Source: a virus
Lineage: Duplodnaviria; Caudoviricetes
IMG/VR virus record: IMGVR_UViG_3300017911_000967
Span: 1 to 64,000 of that record
Strand: one strand, 5' to 3'
Length of the DNA: 64,000 nucleotides
Shown here: in pieces, positions 9,628 through 18,613 of the stretch
Layout: each line of letters opens with the position of its first letter
How positions within the stretch are numbered: position 1 is the stretch's first letter
Notes under the pieces: model-generated
What the model was told of the DNA's origin: nothing
The model's database searches: none
What the model saw: only the letters and a program-made list of their open reading frames with translations
Program-made: the position numbers and the translations under genes

Positions 9628-10347
9628 ATGGAAAATCCAGCATCTAAAGTAACTATGCGTTCGATGCACGATCACTGGATGGTCGGCGCGCCTTCTTCAG
9701 GCAACACTTACTTCCAAAACCTATATGGGATGTACGTTCGTAACTGTCACGGTGTTGAAACCGGATCTAACCTAGAAATCGCAAAGCACGCGTATCACGT
9801 CAACCAGAAGCCAGTATGTGCAACATCACTGGGCTGCACTCCAGACGCAGACTTCATGTCTGGCGATCAAATGTTAGAAGACCTATCTTCAGGTCAACTA
9901 TCAACGTCGCAGATCTTCAAAGTCACACGTGACTGGAAAGACGTAATGGTATGTAACTGGAAGACATATGCACCAGATCAGTCATTCACTGAGTTCGCAG
10001 AGGGTCCAATGGGTTTCTCTATGCTATCAGATTTCGTAGAAGCGTCTAACAACGTAGTCGCTGCGAAAGAGTGGTCATATGAAAACGCAGTCGCAAATCC
10101 ACACCAGTTCATGGCAGAGTTAGTACACGCACTATTACCGCGTGAAGACAACGCAAACCGTGAAGATTTCGGTGCTCCAAAGGCAGAAATCGATCAGGAC
10201 ATGATCGATGTCGTCGTCCAAGACTCAGGTATTCGCCGTTGCCGTGAGGGAACAGGTGAAGACCTAATGGAACGCGTCGGTATCTGGAAGGAGTGGTTGA
10301 CTCCAGAAGAAGCAGAACTAGTAAACGAGTGGGAAGCACAACAGTAA
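9628..10347 (+). CDS. sulfotransferase-fold protein (divergent)
   Basis: GAPSSGNTY (5'-PSB-like), RDWKDVMVC (3'-PB-like), SYENAVANP, VGIWKEWLT. Confidence 0.6.
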   Translation: MENPASKVTMRSMHDHWMVGAPSSGNTYFQNLYGMYVRNCHGVETGSNLEIAKHAYHVNQKPVCATSLGCTPDADFMSGDQMLEDLSSGQLSTSQIFKVTRDWKDVMVCNWKTYAPDQSFTEFAEGPMGFSMLSDFVEASNNVVAAKEWSYENAVANPHQFMAELVHALLPREDNANREDFGAPKAEIDQDMIDVVVQDSGIRRCREGTGEDLMERVGIWKEWLTPEEAELVNEWEAQQ

Positions 10348-10368
10348 TCGTTTAGTAGTGTGATATAT

Positions 10369-10403
10369 AAAGACGGGATGGGAAACCTACCCGTCTTTTT
10401 TTT
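10369..10403 (+). terminator. Rho-independent terminator
   Basis: AAAGACGGG...CCCGTCTTT plus T run. Confidence 0.75.
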
Positions 10404-10413
10404 GGCGTAGGAA

Positions 10414-11094
10414 ATGTTACTAGTGAGATACAAAAAGTGTTACTTGACAGGATGTGACTCCAATACGGAGTGGCAGTTACCTTGGTTCCTTGAGAACTGG
10501 CAGCGGTACTCTGGTGTCCCTCTTCTGATCGCAGACTTCGGTATGTCGGAGGAGATGTTGAGTCACCTACACCAACACCCCACCTACATGAAACGGATGC
10601 AGGTCTTTTCATTTGACTCACCCGTCGAGGGATGGTTCAAGAAACCTCGTGCGATATGGGTAGCTACTAAGATGTCAACACGTGTCTGTTGGTTAGACAC
10701 CGACTGTCAGATCAACGGAAAGATCGACGACATCTGGGATCACTTCCAACCTAATGTTCTGAATATGGTCAAGGATCGCCCTTGGACTACACGCAGACCG
10801 GAAAACGGAGATTGGTTCAACTCAGGTGTAGTCATGACTGACCGCAATGAGGTACTACGTGCGTGGAAGGAAAAGACAGAGTCCGACCCCGATCAAGGGG
10901 ATCAAGAGGTGCTGCATTATATGCTCACTCCGATAGAAAAAGTAGGTAAGATAAACCCTCTCCCGCATAAATATAATACACTAAGGATCGACTATATAGA
11001 TAATATAGCAGTACCAGATCCTGTTGTAATCCATCACACGGGTCACAAGGGGAATGAAAAAATCAGACAGATGATGGGGAGTACATATGCTTAG
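10414..11094 (+). CDS. GT-A glycosyltransferase (nucleotide-diphospho-sugar transferase, GT8-like)
   Basis: WFKKP, CWLDTD, FNSGVV, GDQEVL, KYN, HHTG. Confidence 0.75.
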   Translation: MLLVRYKKCYLTGCDSNTEWQLPWFLENWQRYSGVPLLIADFGMSEEMLSHLHQHPTYMKRMQVFSFDSPVEGWFKKPRAIWVATKMSTRVCWLDTDCQINGKIDDIWDHFQPNVLNMVKDRPWTTRRPENGDWFNSGVVMTDRNEVLRAWKEKTESDPDQGDQEVLHYMLTPIEKVGKINPLPHKYNTLRIDYIDNIAVPDPVVIHHTGHKGNEKIRQMMGSTYA

Positions 11095-11551
11095 TGGAAT
11101 TTTAGGTTCGATATTGGGGTTCGGTAGTTCGATCGCGCCCGCCATCACCGACCACTTCAAGACGAAGAAGGCGATGGAGTTCGAACTCAAAAAGATGGAG
11201 AAGATGGCGGAACTGCGTAAGGCAGGTTACGACCATGAGATCCAGCAGTTCCGTGAGATGGGACTACATAAAGAACAACAGGCGTTGATTGAACACGACA
11301 TCGCCATCACGAAGGGAACAGGGTTTATCTCTGGTTTACAAAAGTCTGTGCGACCAGTGATCACCTACTGTTTCTTCGGTCTATTTGCAGCAATCGAATT
11401 CACGTTGATGCAAGAGGCGCTCGCTAATGGCATACCTATGTCAGAGGCACTAAACACATTATGGGACGATGATACAAAGGCAATCTTCGCTGCGATCATC
11501 TCATTTTGGTTCGGGTCACGAGCGGTCGAGAAGGCACGCTCTCAAATTTAA
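11087..11551 (+). CDS. 3TM holin-like protein
   Basis: SVRPVITY and FWFGSR motifs with hydrophobic segments. Confidence 0.65.
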   Translation: MLSGILGSILGFGSSIAPAITDHFKTKKAMEFELKKMEKMAELRKAGYDHEIQQFREMGLHKEQQALIEHDIAITKGTGFISGLQKSVRPVITYCFFGLFAAIEFTLMQEALANGIPMSEALNTLWDDDTKAIFAAIISFWFGSRAVEKARSQI

Positions 11552-11563
11552 CAAGGATATATT

Positions 11564-11782
11564 ATGAAAACCCTACGCAATCGTATGATTGATGCGACTA
11601 TCGATCATATGAAAGGTAAGATCGCCCTACACAAAGCAAACGTGGAGGTCTACTTACAAAATCCAGCGGGTATCGGTGAACATTCAGACGTAATGGAGGC
11701 TCTGGAACAAGAGTTGAAACAGGTCGCCGAGTATCAAGATATCTTGGAGGTTGCCTACACGATTGTTCCCGATTCGGAATAA
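11564..11782 (+). CDS. conserved T4-like hypothetical protein
   Basis: HKANVEVYL.NPAGIGEH.D motif. Confidence 0.65.
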   Translation: MKTLRNRMIDATIDHMKGKIALHKANVEVYLQNPAGIGEHSDVMEALEQELKQVAEYQDILEVAYTIVPDSE

Positions 11783-12136
11783 ATGTATGAGTATCGTGCG
11801 ACTATTCGCAGGTGGGTTGATGGTGATACTGTTGATCTTGATATCGATCTTGGGTTTGGTATCGTATACGCTAATCAAAGGGTTCGCCTCTTTGGTATCG
11901 ACGCGTTCGAGTCCAGAACAAGAAACCTGCAAGAAAAGCAAAAGGGTTTGGCCGCGAAAGACTATGTCGAACGTATGGCTCCCAACGGATCTCAAGTAAC
12001 CCTTAGATCGCACAAGGACGGCAAGGGCAAGTTTGGTCGCATACTAGGTGAGATCATTATAGACACGCCCAAGGGTCAACAAAATCTGAATACCTTACTC
12101 ACTATCGAAGGACACGCAGTCAGGTATGAATATTAA
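11783..12136 (+). CDS. thermonuclease (SNase-like)
   Basis: VDGDT, RVRLFGIDA.E, KFGRILG. Confidence 0.85.
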   Translation: MYEYRATIRRWVDGDTVDLDIDLGFGIVYANQRVRLFGIDAFESRTRNLQEKQKGLAAKDYVERMAPNGSQVTLRSHKDGKGKFGRILGEIIIDTPKGQQNLNTLLTIEGHAVRYEY

Positions 12137-12479
12137 AATAATTGGTACGGTAGTCTTGGCGGCTTTATTGGTTTCGTGTGAACCAAGTCAGTCACCACTC
12201 AACAAGACACACGATATCACGGGGGAATATGTCGACATTCGAGTTCAGACATTCTCATCACAACGTCAACTCAACAAGTATTTGAAACGAAAAGATGACG
12301 AACAGGTGGAAGGTCTCGCTCAATGGGTACATCCAAAAGGCGACCTAACTAAGGTCAAAAGGTGTGACATATATGTCGTAGAACCGAACGGTTCACGCGA
12401 CTATAGTGAGATGGAAACATGGGGTCACGAACTAATGCACTGCATTTATGGTTCGTATCATCCGGAAGGTCAGAGATGA
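12126..12479 (+). CDS. lipoprotein with HExxH zinc motif
   Basis: Signal peptide with LVSC lipobox-like site; WGHELMHC. Confidence 0.55.
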   Translation: MNIKIIGTVVLAALLVSCEPSQSPLNKTHDITGEYVDIRVQTFSSQRQLNKYLKRKDDEQVEGLAQWVHPKGDLTKVKRCDIYVVEPNGSRDYSEMETWGHELMHCIYGSYHPEGQR

Positions 12480-13126
12480 GCAGAAGAGTAAATATTTTAG
12501 GTAACGGGCCAGGCGCAGCGTTATTTTCGAAGAGAACGCCTGGAGAGACATTGGTATGTAATATGCCACCAGTGGATTTAAAACCTGAAAAGGTCTTTGC
12601 GTCATGTATGGTCGACTTCAAGATGATGAATGCCTTACAAGACGGTAAATGCAATCTGGACAAATACGATTGGATTCTAGGAACCCGTCCACGCCTTTGG
12701 GTAGAGAGAAACACCACGTTCTATCTGAAATATTCCCAAAACATCAAGGGGTTTCATACGCACATCCCTGCGTATGCACAACTCCCAGGCCATACAGTAG
12801 AAGAGGCAGCAACAAACTACTCTTGTGGTCACATGGCAACGGACTATGCTTGTCGTAAGATGAAGGCAACAGAAGTCCATATGTATGGGTTCGATGCAAT
12901 GTTTGATCTAGACTTATCAAGTTACAGTGACAACTTCTTGACCAGTGATAGGGGACTATCTAACAAACATCGAATGGCAGGGAACTGGCGACCAATCTGG
13001 TCTAAATTTTTCAGAGAGTTCGAGAAGGTCGAGTTCTATCTGTATCATACCCACACAGATATCAAACTCGCAACGGGACCGAACGTAACGTGCAAGGTGT
13101 TGAAAGCGAATGGAGAAGAAGGTTAA
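12476..13126 (+). CDS. hypothetical protein with Maf/DUF115 (sialyltransferase-like) Rossmann motifs
   Basis: ILGNGP, CN, SCGHMA, VHMYGFD. Confidence 0.45.
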   Translation: MSRRVNILGNGPGAALFSKRTPGETLVCNMPPVDLKPEKVFASCMVDFKMMNALQDGKCNLDKYDWILGTRPRLWVERNTTFYLKYSQNIKGFHTHIPAYAQLPGHTVEEAATNYSCGHMATDYACRKMKATEVHMYGFDAMFDLDLSSYSDNFLTSDRGLSNKHRMAGNWRPIWSKFFREFEKVEFYLYHTHTDIKLATGPNVTCKVLKANGEEG

Positions 13127-13241
13127 GTACGTCTTAGATTTTATCAAGTATACCGCAGTGGACTGTAAACACTGTTGGGAAGACTATCCTAATGTAATCA
13201 TATGGTGTGGTGTCGCTGGACTCATACTATATTTCATATAA
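13110..13241 (+). CDS. small membrane peptide (43 aa)
   Basis: Manual translation MEKKVKYVLDF...LILYFI. Confidence 0.4.
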   Translation: MEKKVKYVLDFIKYTAVDCKHCWEDYPNVIIWCGVAGLILYFI

Positions 13242-13272
13242 AAGAAAAGGGGACCGAAGTCCCCTTTTTTTT
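13241..13272. terminator. bidirectional terminator between convergent units
   Basis: A-tract, GGGGACCGAAGTCCCC, T-tract; the same 16-mer recurs at 23139-23154. Confidence 0.85.
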
Positions 13273-13296
13273 GGTTTTTTACTTGTCGGGTAAGTT

Positions 13297-14154
13297 TTAG
13301 AAGATTTTGACCATATCTTTCATGATCATCTCTTCCTCTGGGCGGCCGCCCTGAGATTGAACATCACCATCCCAAATAGATCTTACCGCAAATGCTTCCT
13401 CAACGCCTACTGAAGAGTCTTGCTCGTCGCCGTTGATCCAACGCTTAGGCGATGGAGCACCATACCAAATATCAATGATGTCGAAGTCCTCTGTACAGTA
13501 AGGCGCGAAAGTCTCACGTACTTGGTCTTCTTCAAATCCTGTTTCTGGATGTGCCATTGGTACACCCAAGAATACTACTGCGTCGAACTTCTCTGAAGTC
13601 GAACCGTTCATTTCCCATGAATCCATACCGTGTTGGTACTGAGCCGAACAAGGCATCATTTCTTCTGACAGACCCATCGATGGGTAAACTGCACCGTGCA
13701 TTGCACCTTGATTTGAAGGTGATGGTGGTGCCATGACTGTTATGCTTGCATCGTACTTTGCCCACTTCCACCACGATGGGATGAACTGTGCGACAATGTT
13801 CATGTCTGGGAATGTGTGCATACCAGTTCGTTCTGGTGGCATCACGTAGATCATACGACCAGCGTATTGATCTAGCATCCAGTGTGACTGAGATGCTTGG
13901 TGATGACCTACGAAAAGGATGTTTGAGTAACCGCGATTTGCGATCATGTTACAGAACATCGGTGCACGGTTTAGGCCCTCTTCTACTACGTTGACATCTT
14001 CATCTGCCCAACGTACATAGGTACCTTCTGACTGTGTCCACGACTTCATTGCGCCGTTGACATCACGTGCGACTTGTTCTTTCTCGCCGCCGAATACAGT
14101 CTGTTCTAACCCAGGCTTACGAACAATGGTTTCTAGTTTTGTGTTAAAAAACAT
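13297..14154 (-). CDS. hypothetical late protein (285 aa)
   Basis: Long ORF in a late-promoter operon. Confidence 0.7.
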   Translation of the reverse strand: MFFNTKLETIVRKPGLEQTVFGGEKEQVARDVNGAMKSWTQSEGTYVRWADEDVNVVEEGLNRAPMFCNMIANRGYSNILFVGHHQASQSHWMLDQYAGRMIYVMPPERTGMHTFPDMNIVAQFIPSWWKWAKYDASITVMAPPSPSNQGAMHGAVYPSMGLSEEMMPCSAQYQHGMDSWEMNGSTSEKFDAVVFLGVPMAHPETGFEEDQVRETFAPYCTEDFDIIDIWYGAPSPKRWINGDEQDSSVGVEEAFAVRSIWDGDVQSQGGRPEEEMIMKDMVKIF

Positions 14155-14157
14155 TGG

Positions 14158-14412
14158 TTAGTTTCCCTTGTAAATGTTTTGAATGTGTGTTTCAAATTTT
14201 TCGATCTTCTCAACGCGATCCGGCCATAGGATGTATTCCTTATCGGGAGACATCTTCAAGTTTGCTAGCAAGGGCTGTATCGCGTTGTAGAGTTGATCTA
14301 AGCGCGCTTGGTATTCATCGACTGAAGACTCGACAGACTCTAATCTCTGCGCAGATTCGAGTTCTGATTCGTCGACTAGGGTGAAACCAAAGTCAAAAAG
14401 TTCATTATCCAT
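14158..14412 (-). CDS. conserved T4-like hypothetical protein
   Basis: FDFGFT.VDE and P.K.YI.WP.R motifs. Confidence 0.7.
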   Translation of the reverse strand: MDNELFDFGFTLVDESELESAQRLESVESSVDEYQARLDQLYNAIQPLLANLKMSPDKEYILWPDRVEKIEKFETHIQNIYKGN

Positions 14413-14418
14413 ACGGTA

Positions 14419-14426
14419 TATTTATA
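14419..14426 (-). promoter_or_regulatory. late promoter
   Basis: TATTTATA on + equals TATAAATA on -. Confidence 0.7.
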
Positions 14427-14437
14427 CAAAAAAAGTG

Positions 14438-14466
14438 TTGACAGGTCGTATTTTAGGTGGTAAAAT
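14438..14466 (+). promoter_or_regulatory. sigma70-type early promoter
   Basis: TTGACA-N17-TAAAAT with upstream A-tract. Confidence 0.8.
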
Positions 14467-14502
14467 ATCTCTATCCAATGGGGAGAGTAGATACCAATAA
14501 TC

Positions 14503-15069
14503 ATGAACATATTTATACTGAACGAGAGTCCCGTGATCTCGGCACAAGAACAGTGCGACAAACACGTGGTAAAGATGATCGTCGAATCGGCGCAAATGTT
14601 GTCAACTGCACACCGAATGCTCGACGGTGAAGTATACCGCAGACCATCCAAGTCTGGCAAGACCATGATCAAATATTACGATCATCCGACACTAGACAAT
14701 GTCCTATACAAGGCTGTCCACCACGGACATCCTTGCACGGTCTGGACAATGGAATCCATATGCAACTACATCTGGCACTACCGACACTTCGTCGCGCTCT
14801 GTGATGAGTATATGTATCGCTACGGTAAACGTCACTTGACAGACACTCTGTTGCGTGATACACTACAAACTCCACCGGCAAATATACCCAAGGTGGAACG
14901 CACTCCGTTCAAACTCGCTATGGGTTCCAATCCGGAGTGTATGATGGATGATCCTGTAGAGTCGTATCGTGCGTTCTATCAGACCAAACAGGATCGGTTT
15001 ACAATGGTGTGGACTAACCGTCCAGTGCCGCAATGGTTCGAGGTAAAGAATGAAAGAACAAGTGCTTAA
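14503..15069 (+). CDS. pyrimidine-dimer DNA glycosylase/DenV-like family protein
   Basis: MNIF.L..., DKHVVKMIVESAQMLSTAH, HPCTVW, EY..RYGKRH. Confidence 0.7.
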   Translation: MNIFILNESPVISAQEQCDKHVVKMIVESAQMLSTAHRMLDGEVYRRPSKSGKTMIKYYDHPTLDNVLYKAVHHGHPCTVWTMESICNYIWHYRHFVALCDEYMYRYGKRHLTDTLLRDTLQTPPANIPKVERTPFKLAMGSNPECMMDDPVESYRAFYQTKQDRFTMVWTNRPVPQWFEVKNERTSA

Positions 15070-15373
15070 GATCATCAAGGAAGAGATCGATATTGTGATG
15101 GGACGGATCCGTGATCTTCCTATTGACAACACATCACCCAACACTAAGTTGCATTTCCTTACGACAGAGTTAGGTGCTATGCAGTTGATACTGCGTAGAA
15201 TGGAGAAGGATCTTTTTGTGGAGAATCATTTATTAAGCAAGGTCAATCGGGTTGAAGTCATCGATGACGACGGTAGAAGTTACACCAACTATTTAAATGA
15301 GGGACAGTCTGTCCGTATGTCATTGCAAGATGATGACCGTACTCTTAAAATTTTTGTGGAGAATGAAGAATGA
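15050..15373 (+). CDS. hypothetical protein
   Basis: VNRVEVID..GRSY and SLQDDDRTLKIF phage motif. Confidence 0.6.
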   Translation: MKEQVLKIIKEEIDIVMGRIRDLPIDNTSPNTKLHFLTTELGAMQLILRRMEKDLFVENHLLSKVNRVEVIDDDGRSYTNYLNEGQSVRMSLQDDDRTLKIFVENEE

Positions 15374-15663
15374 TCTACGGATCAATGCGACATACCACTA
15401 GTGGACGGAAGAAGACATACAACGCTTGGGGTAAGACCAAGAAGAAGGTGTTCAAATCCACGGTATCGATGCCCTCGTATACCTATCGAGGTTCGGACGT
15501 TCATATCCCATCTAGTGATTCGATGTCAGGATCTACCGCAAAGGTAGAACCACAGAAGTACACAGGCACCCTAGTCAAGGGTATCGGTACAATGCACAAG
15601 TCGAACGCTGTTCCAGTGATCGACGAACAACAGATGAAAGACCTTGCGTCTATGCGTCGATAA
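15370..15663 (+). CDS. conserved T4-like hypothetical protein
   Basis: YTGTLVKGIGTMHKSNAVPV. Confidence 0.65.
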   Translation: MIYGSMRHTTSGRKKTYNAWGKTKKKVFKSTVSMPSYTYRGSDVHIPSSDSMSGSTAKVEPQKYTGTLVKGIGTMHKSNAVPVIDEQQMKDLASMRR

Positions 15664-15760
15664 TTGTGTAATATTCACATAAAAAAGTTTTCAAAATGTG
15701 TTGACTTCTTCTTCAGATTTGATATAATGTCCACATAAAGTTGAGTTGAGAGAGATTATG
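15663..15760 (+). promoter_or_regulatory. early promoter module, copy 1 (near-repeat of 18833-18935)
   Basis: TGTG-N7-CACA, A-tracts, TTGACT-N16-TATAAT with extended TG, TTGAGTTGAGAGAGATTATG leader. Confidence 0.8.
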
Positions 15761-16057
15761 ATGAAATTTGAAAACACTGCGAACGTCGGAGACATGATCC
15801 GAGCATACGATTTTGAACCGATGTCCGATCGTCCCGATTCTTACCTCGTGGGTGAGGTTCTTGAGAAGGGCCCGATTTATGCGAAACCCCACCACACCGC
15901 TCCTCGCAAGGTCTACGTCTGTGACGGTTACACCGTCTTCGTCAAGGACTCTGTGACGGGTTCCGTTGAACACGACATTCAACGTGTGGGTCGCATCATG
16001 TATGTCCCCTTTGAGATGGCTGGTCGTGATTTTGATAACCGTGTGGAGGTGATTTAA
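15758..16057 (+). CDS. hypothetical early protein
   Basis: Follows the promoter and RBS. Confidence 0.65.
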   Translation: MMKFENTANVGDMIRAYDFEPMSDRPDSYLVGEVLEKGPIYAKPHHTAPRKVYVCDGYTVFVKDSVTGSVEHDIQRVGRIMYVPFEMAGRDFDNRVEVI

Positions 16058-16058
16058 G

Positions 16059-16190
16059 ATGATTAAGATTAAACCCGCTAGTCCCCAACGAGTTGCCGAA
16101 GTGATCTTCGGTCAAGCAATCCTCTGGATGTTCGTTTACGCTGCGATGCAACTCGCCGATGGTCATCCCGTTGAACCCTATGTCTACTAA
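16059..16190 (+). CDS. small membrane peptide (43 aa, MIKIKPASPQ...)
   Basis: Manual translation; GGAGG RBS. Confidence 0.45.
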   Translation: MIKIKPASPQRVAEVIFGQAILWMFVYAAMQLADGHPVEPYVY

Positions 16191-16200
16191 GGAGTTTGTG

Positions 16201-16665
16201 ATGAGTGCCACATTTGAAAGAATCTGGGAGGAGTTAGTTCCCCGTGAAGGTAAAGCCGATACTGTCGCTGGCGAAATGATCCGTGCTGCAGGTCGTCTGC
16301 GTTACGACTTCTACAACAACGGTATGGGTAACAATACATCTGGTGCCCTGAAGTTCCTGCGTGAGAAGAGCGCGATTGATAGAGAGTTGTTTGAGTACGT
16401 CTTGCCCTACACCACGGGTCGTCTATATGAAGGCAGTTATGACGGTGACCTCTTTCACGTTGCAATCGATCGCATTGTAGAGATGACCACCAAGATGGTG
16501 ACTTACAATCCTCAGTTGATGACGATGGAAAACACCGAAGACATGTTCGACTACTCAGACGAAGATCTTGATGAGACGTGTCCAGAGTGTTCGGGTTACG
16601 GGTACGACGATTACGAAGACGAAGACTGTTACATGTGTGGCGGTTACGGATTCGTTGATCAATAG
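16201..16665 (+). CDS. hypothetical protein with C-terminal CxxCxGxG zinc finger
   Basis: CPECSGYG...CYMCGGYG; AAGGAG RBS. Confidence 0.65.
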   Translation: MSATFERIWEELVPREGKADTVAGEMIRAAGRLRYDFYNNGMGNNTSGALKFLREKSAIDRELFEYVLPYTTGRLYEGSYDGDLFHVAIDRIVEMTTKMVTYNPQLMTMENTEDMFDYSDEDLDETCPECSGYGYDDYEDEDCYMCGGYGFVDQ

Positions 16666-16735
16666 TTCTAGAGGGGGTCGGTCTTTCGAAGATTCCGACT
16701 GACAGGTATGTGGACCGATCCCCTATTTTTAACTT

Positions 16736-16789
16736 TGTGACAAATTAACAAAAATAGTTCTTGCATTTTTTCAAAACATATGCGATAAT
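16736..16789 (+). promoter_or_regulatory. early promoter
   Basis: TGTG-N7-AACA; TTGCAT-N17-GATAAT with extended TG. Confidence 0.6.
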
Positions 16790-16817
16790 GTCTTTGTTGA
16801 ATGAGAGGAGAGATGTT

Positions 16818-17051
16818 ATGGAAAATCTGAAAGGTCGTAAAGTTCAATATGTTTTCGGTGCAATGTACCCTGTCGAAGAAGCTGAGGTCATCATTGACCG
16901 TGGTGAACAGGTTGTCGTGATGTTAGAGAGTGGTGAGTTCAAGTATCATGCGAAGTACCGACTGCTTGTCAGTGAGTATGCTGAGTGCGATCGTCCTGAT
17001 GCGGTCGGTGTTTATCTGATCGCAAACCCAATCATAGAGGAGTGTGCGTAA
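16818..17051 (+). CDS. hypothetical early protein
   Basis: GAGGAG RBS; MENLKGRK... Confidence 0.6.
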   Translation: MENLKGRKVQYVFGAMYPVEEAEVIIDRGEQVVVMLESGEFKYHAKYRLLVSEYAECDRPDAVGVYLIANPIIEECA

Positions 17052-17287
17052 TGAGTGAATTTAACGAGTTTTGTAAGAAGTTTCTCAGACCGACCAAAGT
17101 GGGTCACAATACTGAGAGTTGGATTTGGAGAACCTACTTGGTAGAGTTCACCAAGTATGGCAAACGAGTGTTCGAGGAACTCACCTACCTCGATGCGGTC
17201 GGTGAACCTGAACGTTCTGTCGGTTCAACTGTGACGGTCATCGTCAACAAAGAGAAACGAATCGGTATCATTCACGGAATAGCATAA
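17052..17287 (+). CDS. hypothetical protein (start approximate)
   Basis: Abutting ORF, MSEFNEFCKK... Confidence 0.5.
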
Positions 17288-17295
17288 GGAGACCT

Positions 17296-17616
17296 GTGCC
17301 TAAAATCGTCAAGATCAATCTGACTAAGAAGATCCGTTACCTGTTCGACAAGCCACCATCCAAGACATCGGATGCTGATTTGAGAATGCAGGACATGGTG
17401 ATGGATCACTTCGGATCGTTCATTAACAACTCGTGGGACATGTCCGACCAGAAGAGGTTCGATGACATACTCGACAACTCCGGTCTGACCATCGAGGAGT
17501 TCCTGTCCAAAGACTGGCCGAGAGAGGAACCGAAACCGAAAAGAAAACCCCGTAATAAGGCCGCGACTAAGAATACGCCGGTCAAGAAGAAGACGACTAC
17601 GAGGAGAAAGAAATAA
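17296..17616 (+). CDS. hypothetical protein with basic C-terminal tail
   Basis: AAGGAG RBS, GTG start. Confidence 0.55.
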   Translation: MPKIVKINLTKKIRYLFDKPPSKTSDADLRMQDMVMDHFGSFINNSWDMSDQKRFDDILDNSGLTIEEFLSKDWPREEPKPKRKPRNKAATKNTPVKKKTTTRRKK

Positions 17617-18203
17617 TGCAGACTGCCTACCGCAGAGCATTGAACGCGGGTCTGACTTCAAGTCAGGCCCACAAATATTCCGACTACTATCGTCGCAAGA
17701 CGATCCTACCAAAACGCGACAGCGAGAAGGGTAAGACCTATGCCGCTGAGTGGAAACTCGAATCTGAACATCCCGACTTGATCGGTCCACTAAAGGACTT
17801 CAAAGACGTGGAGAAGTTTGTAAAACAAGTGACCGCGTCCAAGACGTGGGAGAAGGTGTCCCGTTACCAAGGCAAGGTGCGGGTCGTCCAGTCCCGCAAC
17901 ATGGGAAGTCGTGCCGCGTTTATGGGTAGGTCGCATGGGTCGTGGATCGAGATCTCGCCCGCGTTCGACTTCAACAAGTACATCGTCCTACACGAACTGG
18001 CGCACAGTGCAGGATTCAACCACCACCATGTGACCTTCCGTGAGTGTCTCTTGAAACTGGTGTCGAGGTTTCTTGGTCGTGAGACCGCCGCGATACTCAA
18101 GGCGAACTTTAAGGAGCAGGGTCTGCGGGTCACCCCGTCGAAAGCGAAGGATCCGGAGTCTTGGTTGAAAGCAGTAAAAAACGTACCCCTTATTCCAAAA
18201 TAA
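17616..18203 (+). CDS. HExxH zinc-metallopeptidase-like protein (SprT-like)
   Basis: IVLHELAH...H...F. Confidence 0.65.
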   Translation: MQTAYRRALNAGLTSSQAHKYSDYYRRKTILPKRDSEKGKTYAAEWKLESEHPDLIGPLKDFKDVEKFVKQVTASKTWEKVSRYQGKVRVVQSRNMGSRAAFMGRSHGSWIEISPAFDFNKYIVLHELAHSAGFNHHHVTFRECLLKLVSRFLGRETAAILKANFKEQGLRVTPSKAKDPESWLKAVKNVPLIPK

Positions 18204-18216
18204 TCTAAGAAAACGC

Positions 18217-18244
18217 TTGCGTTTATTTTCAGATAAGGTATAAT
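18217..18244 (+). promoter_or_regulatory. early promoter
   Basis: TTGCGT-N16-TATAAT. Confidence 0.6.
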
Positions 18245-18271
18245 GGTATTTCTGGTTGGGAGGAGATTGTT

Positions 18272-18613
18272 ATGGTTTTAGTGTGTGAAGGTCCGCATTC
18301 TGTAAGAATCAATGAGTTTGCTTTTTCTGTCGCTAACCATTTGTTGACCGGAATGGAGGAACCGCCGTTCGATATTCTAGTGACCTTCGATCGGTACTTG
18401 GACAACCATGCAGATGGTTACTGTTACATAGCAGAAGAGGAAGATGATCCAGATGTCTGTTGCATCGACATCAACATGGATCTCAGTGAGATCCAACAGG
18501 CAACCACCATCGCGCACGAAATGGTTCATATGCGTCAAGCTGCGATGGGTGTTGATTATGATGAAGATGAGGCCTATGGTTTGGAGAGTGAGTTAGTGGA
18601 GCAATATTGGTAA
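18272..18613 (+). CDS. HExxH metallopeptidase-like protein
   Basis: TIAHEMVHMRQ...EDEAY. Confidence 0.65.
   Translation: MVLVCEGPHSVRINEFAFSVANHLLTGMEEPPFDILVTFDRYLDNHADGYCYIAEEEDDPDVCCIDINMDLSEIQQATTIAHEMVHMRQAAMGVDYDEDEAYGLESELVEQYW

Noticed and set aside
15665-15679. CRP-binding site
   Set aside because: Half-site spacing is one base short of TGTGA-N6-TCACA in all three copies; kept only as an unknown operator
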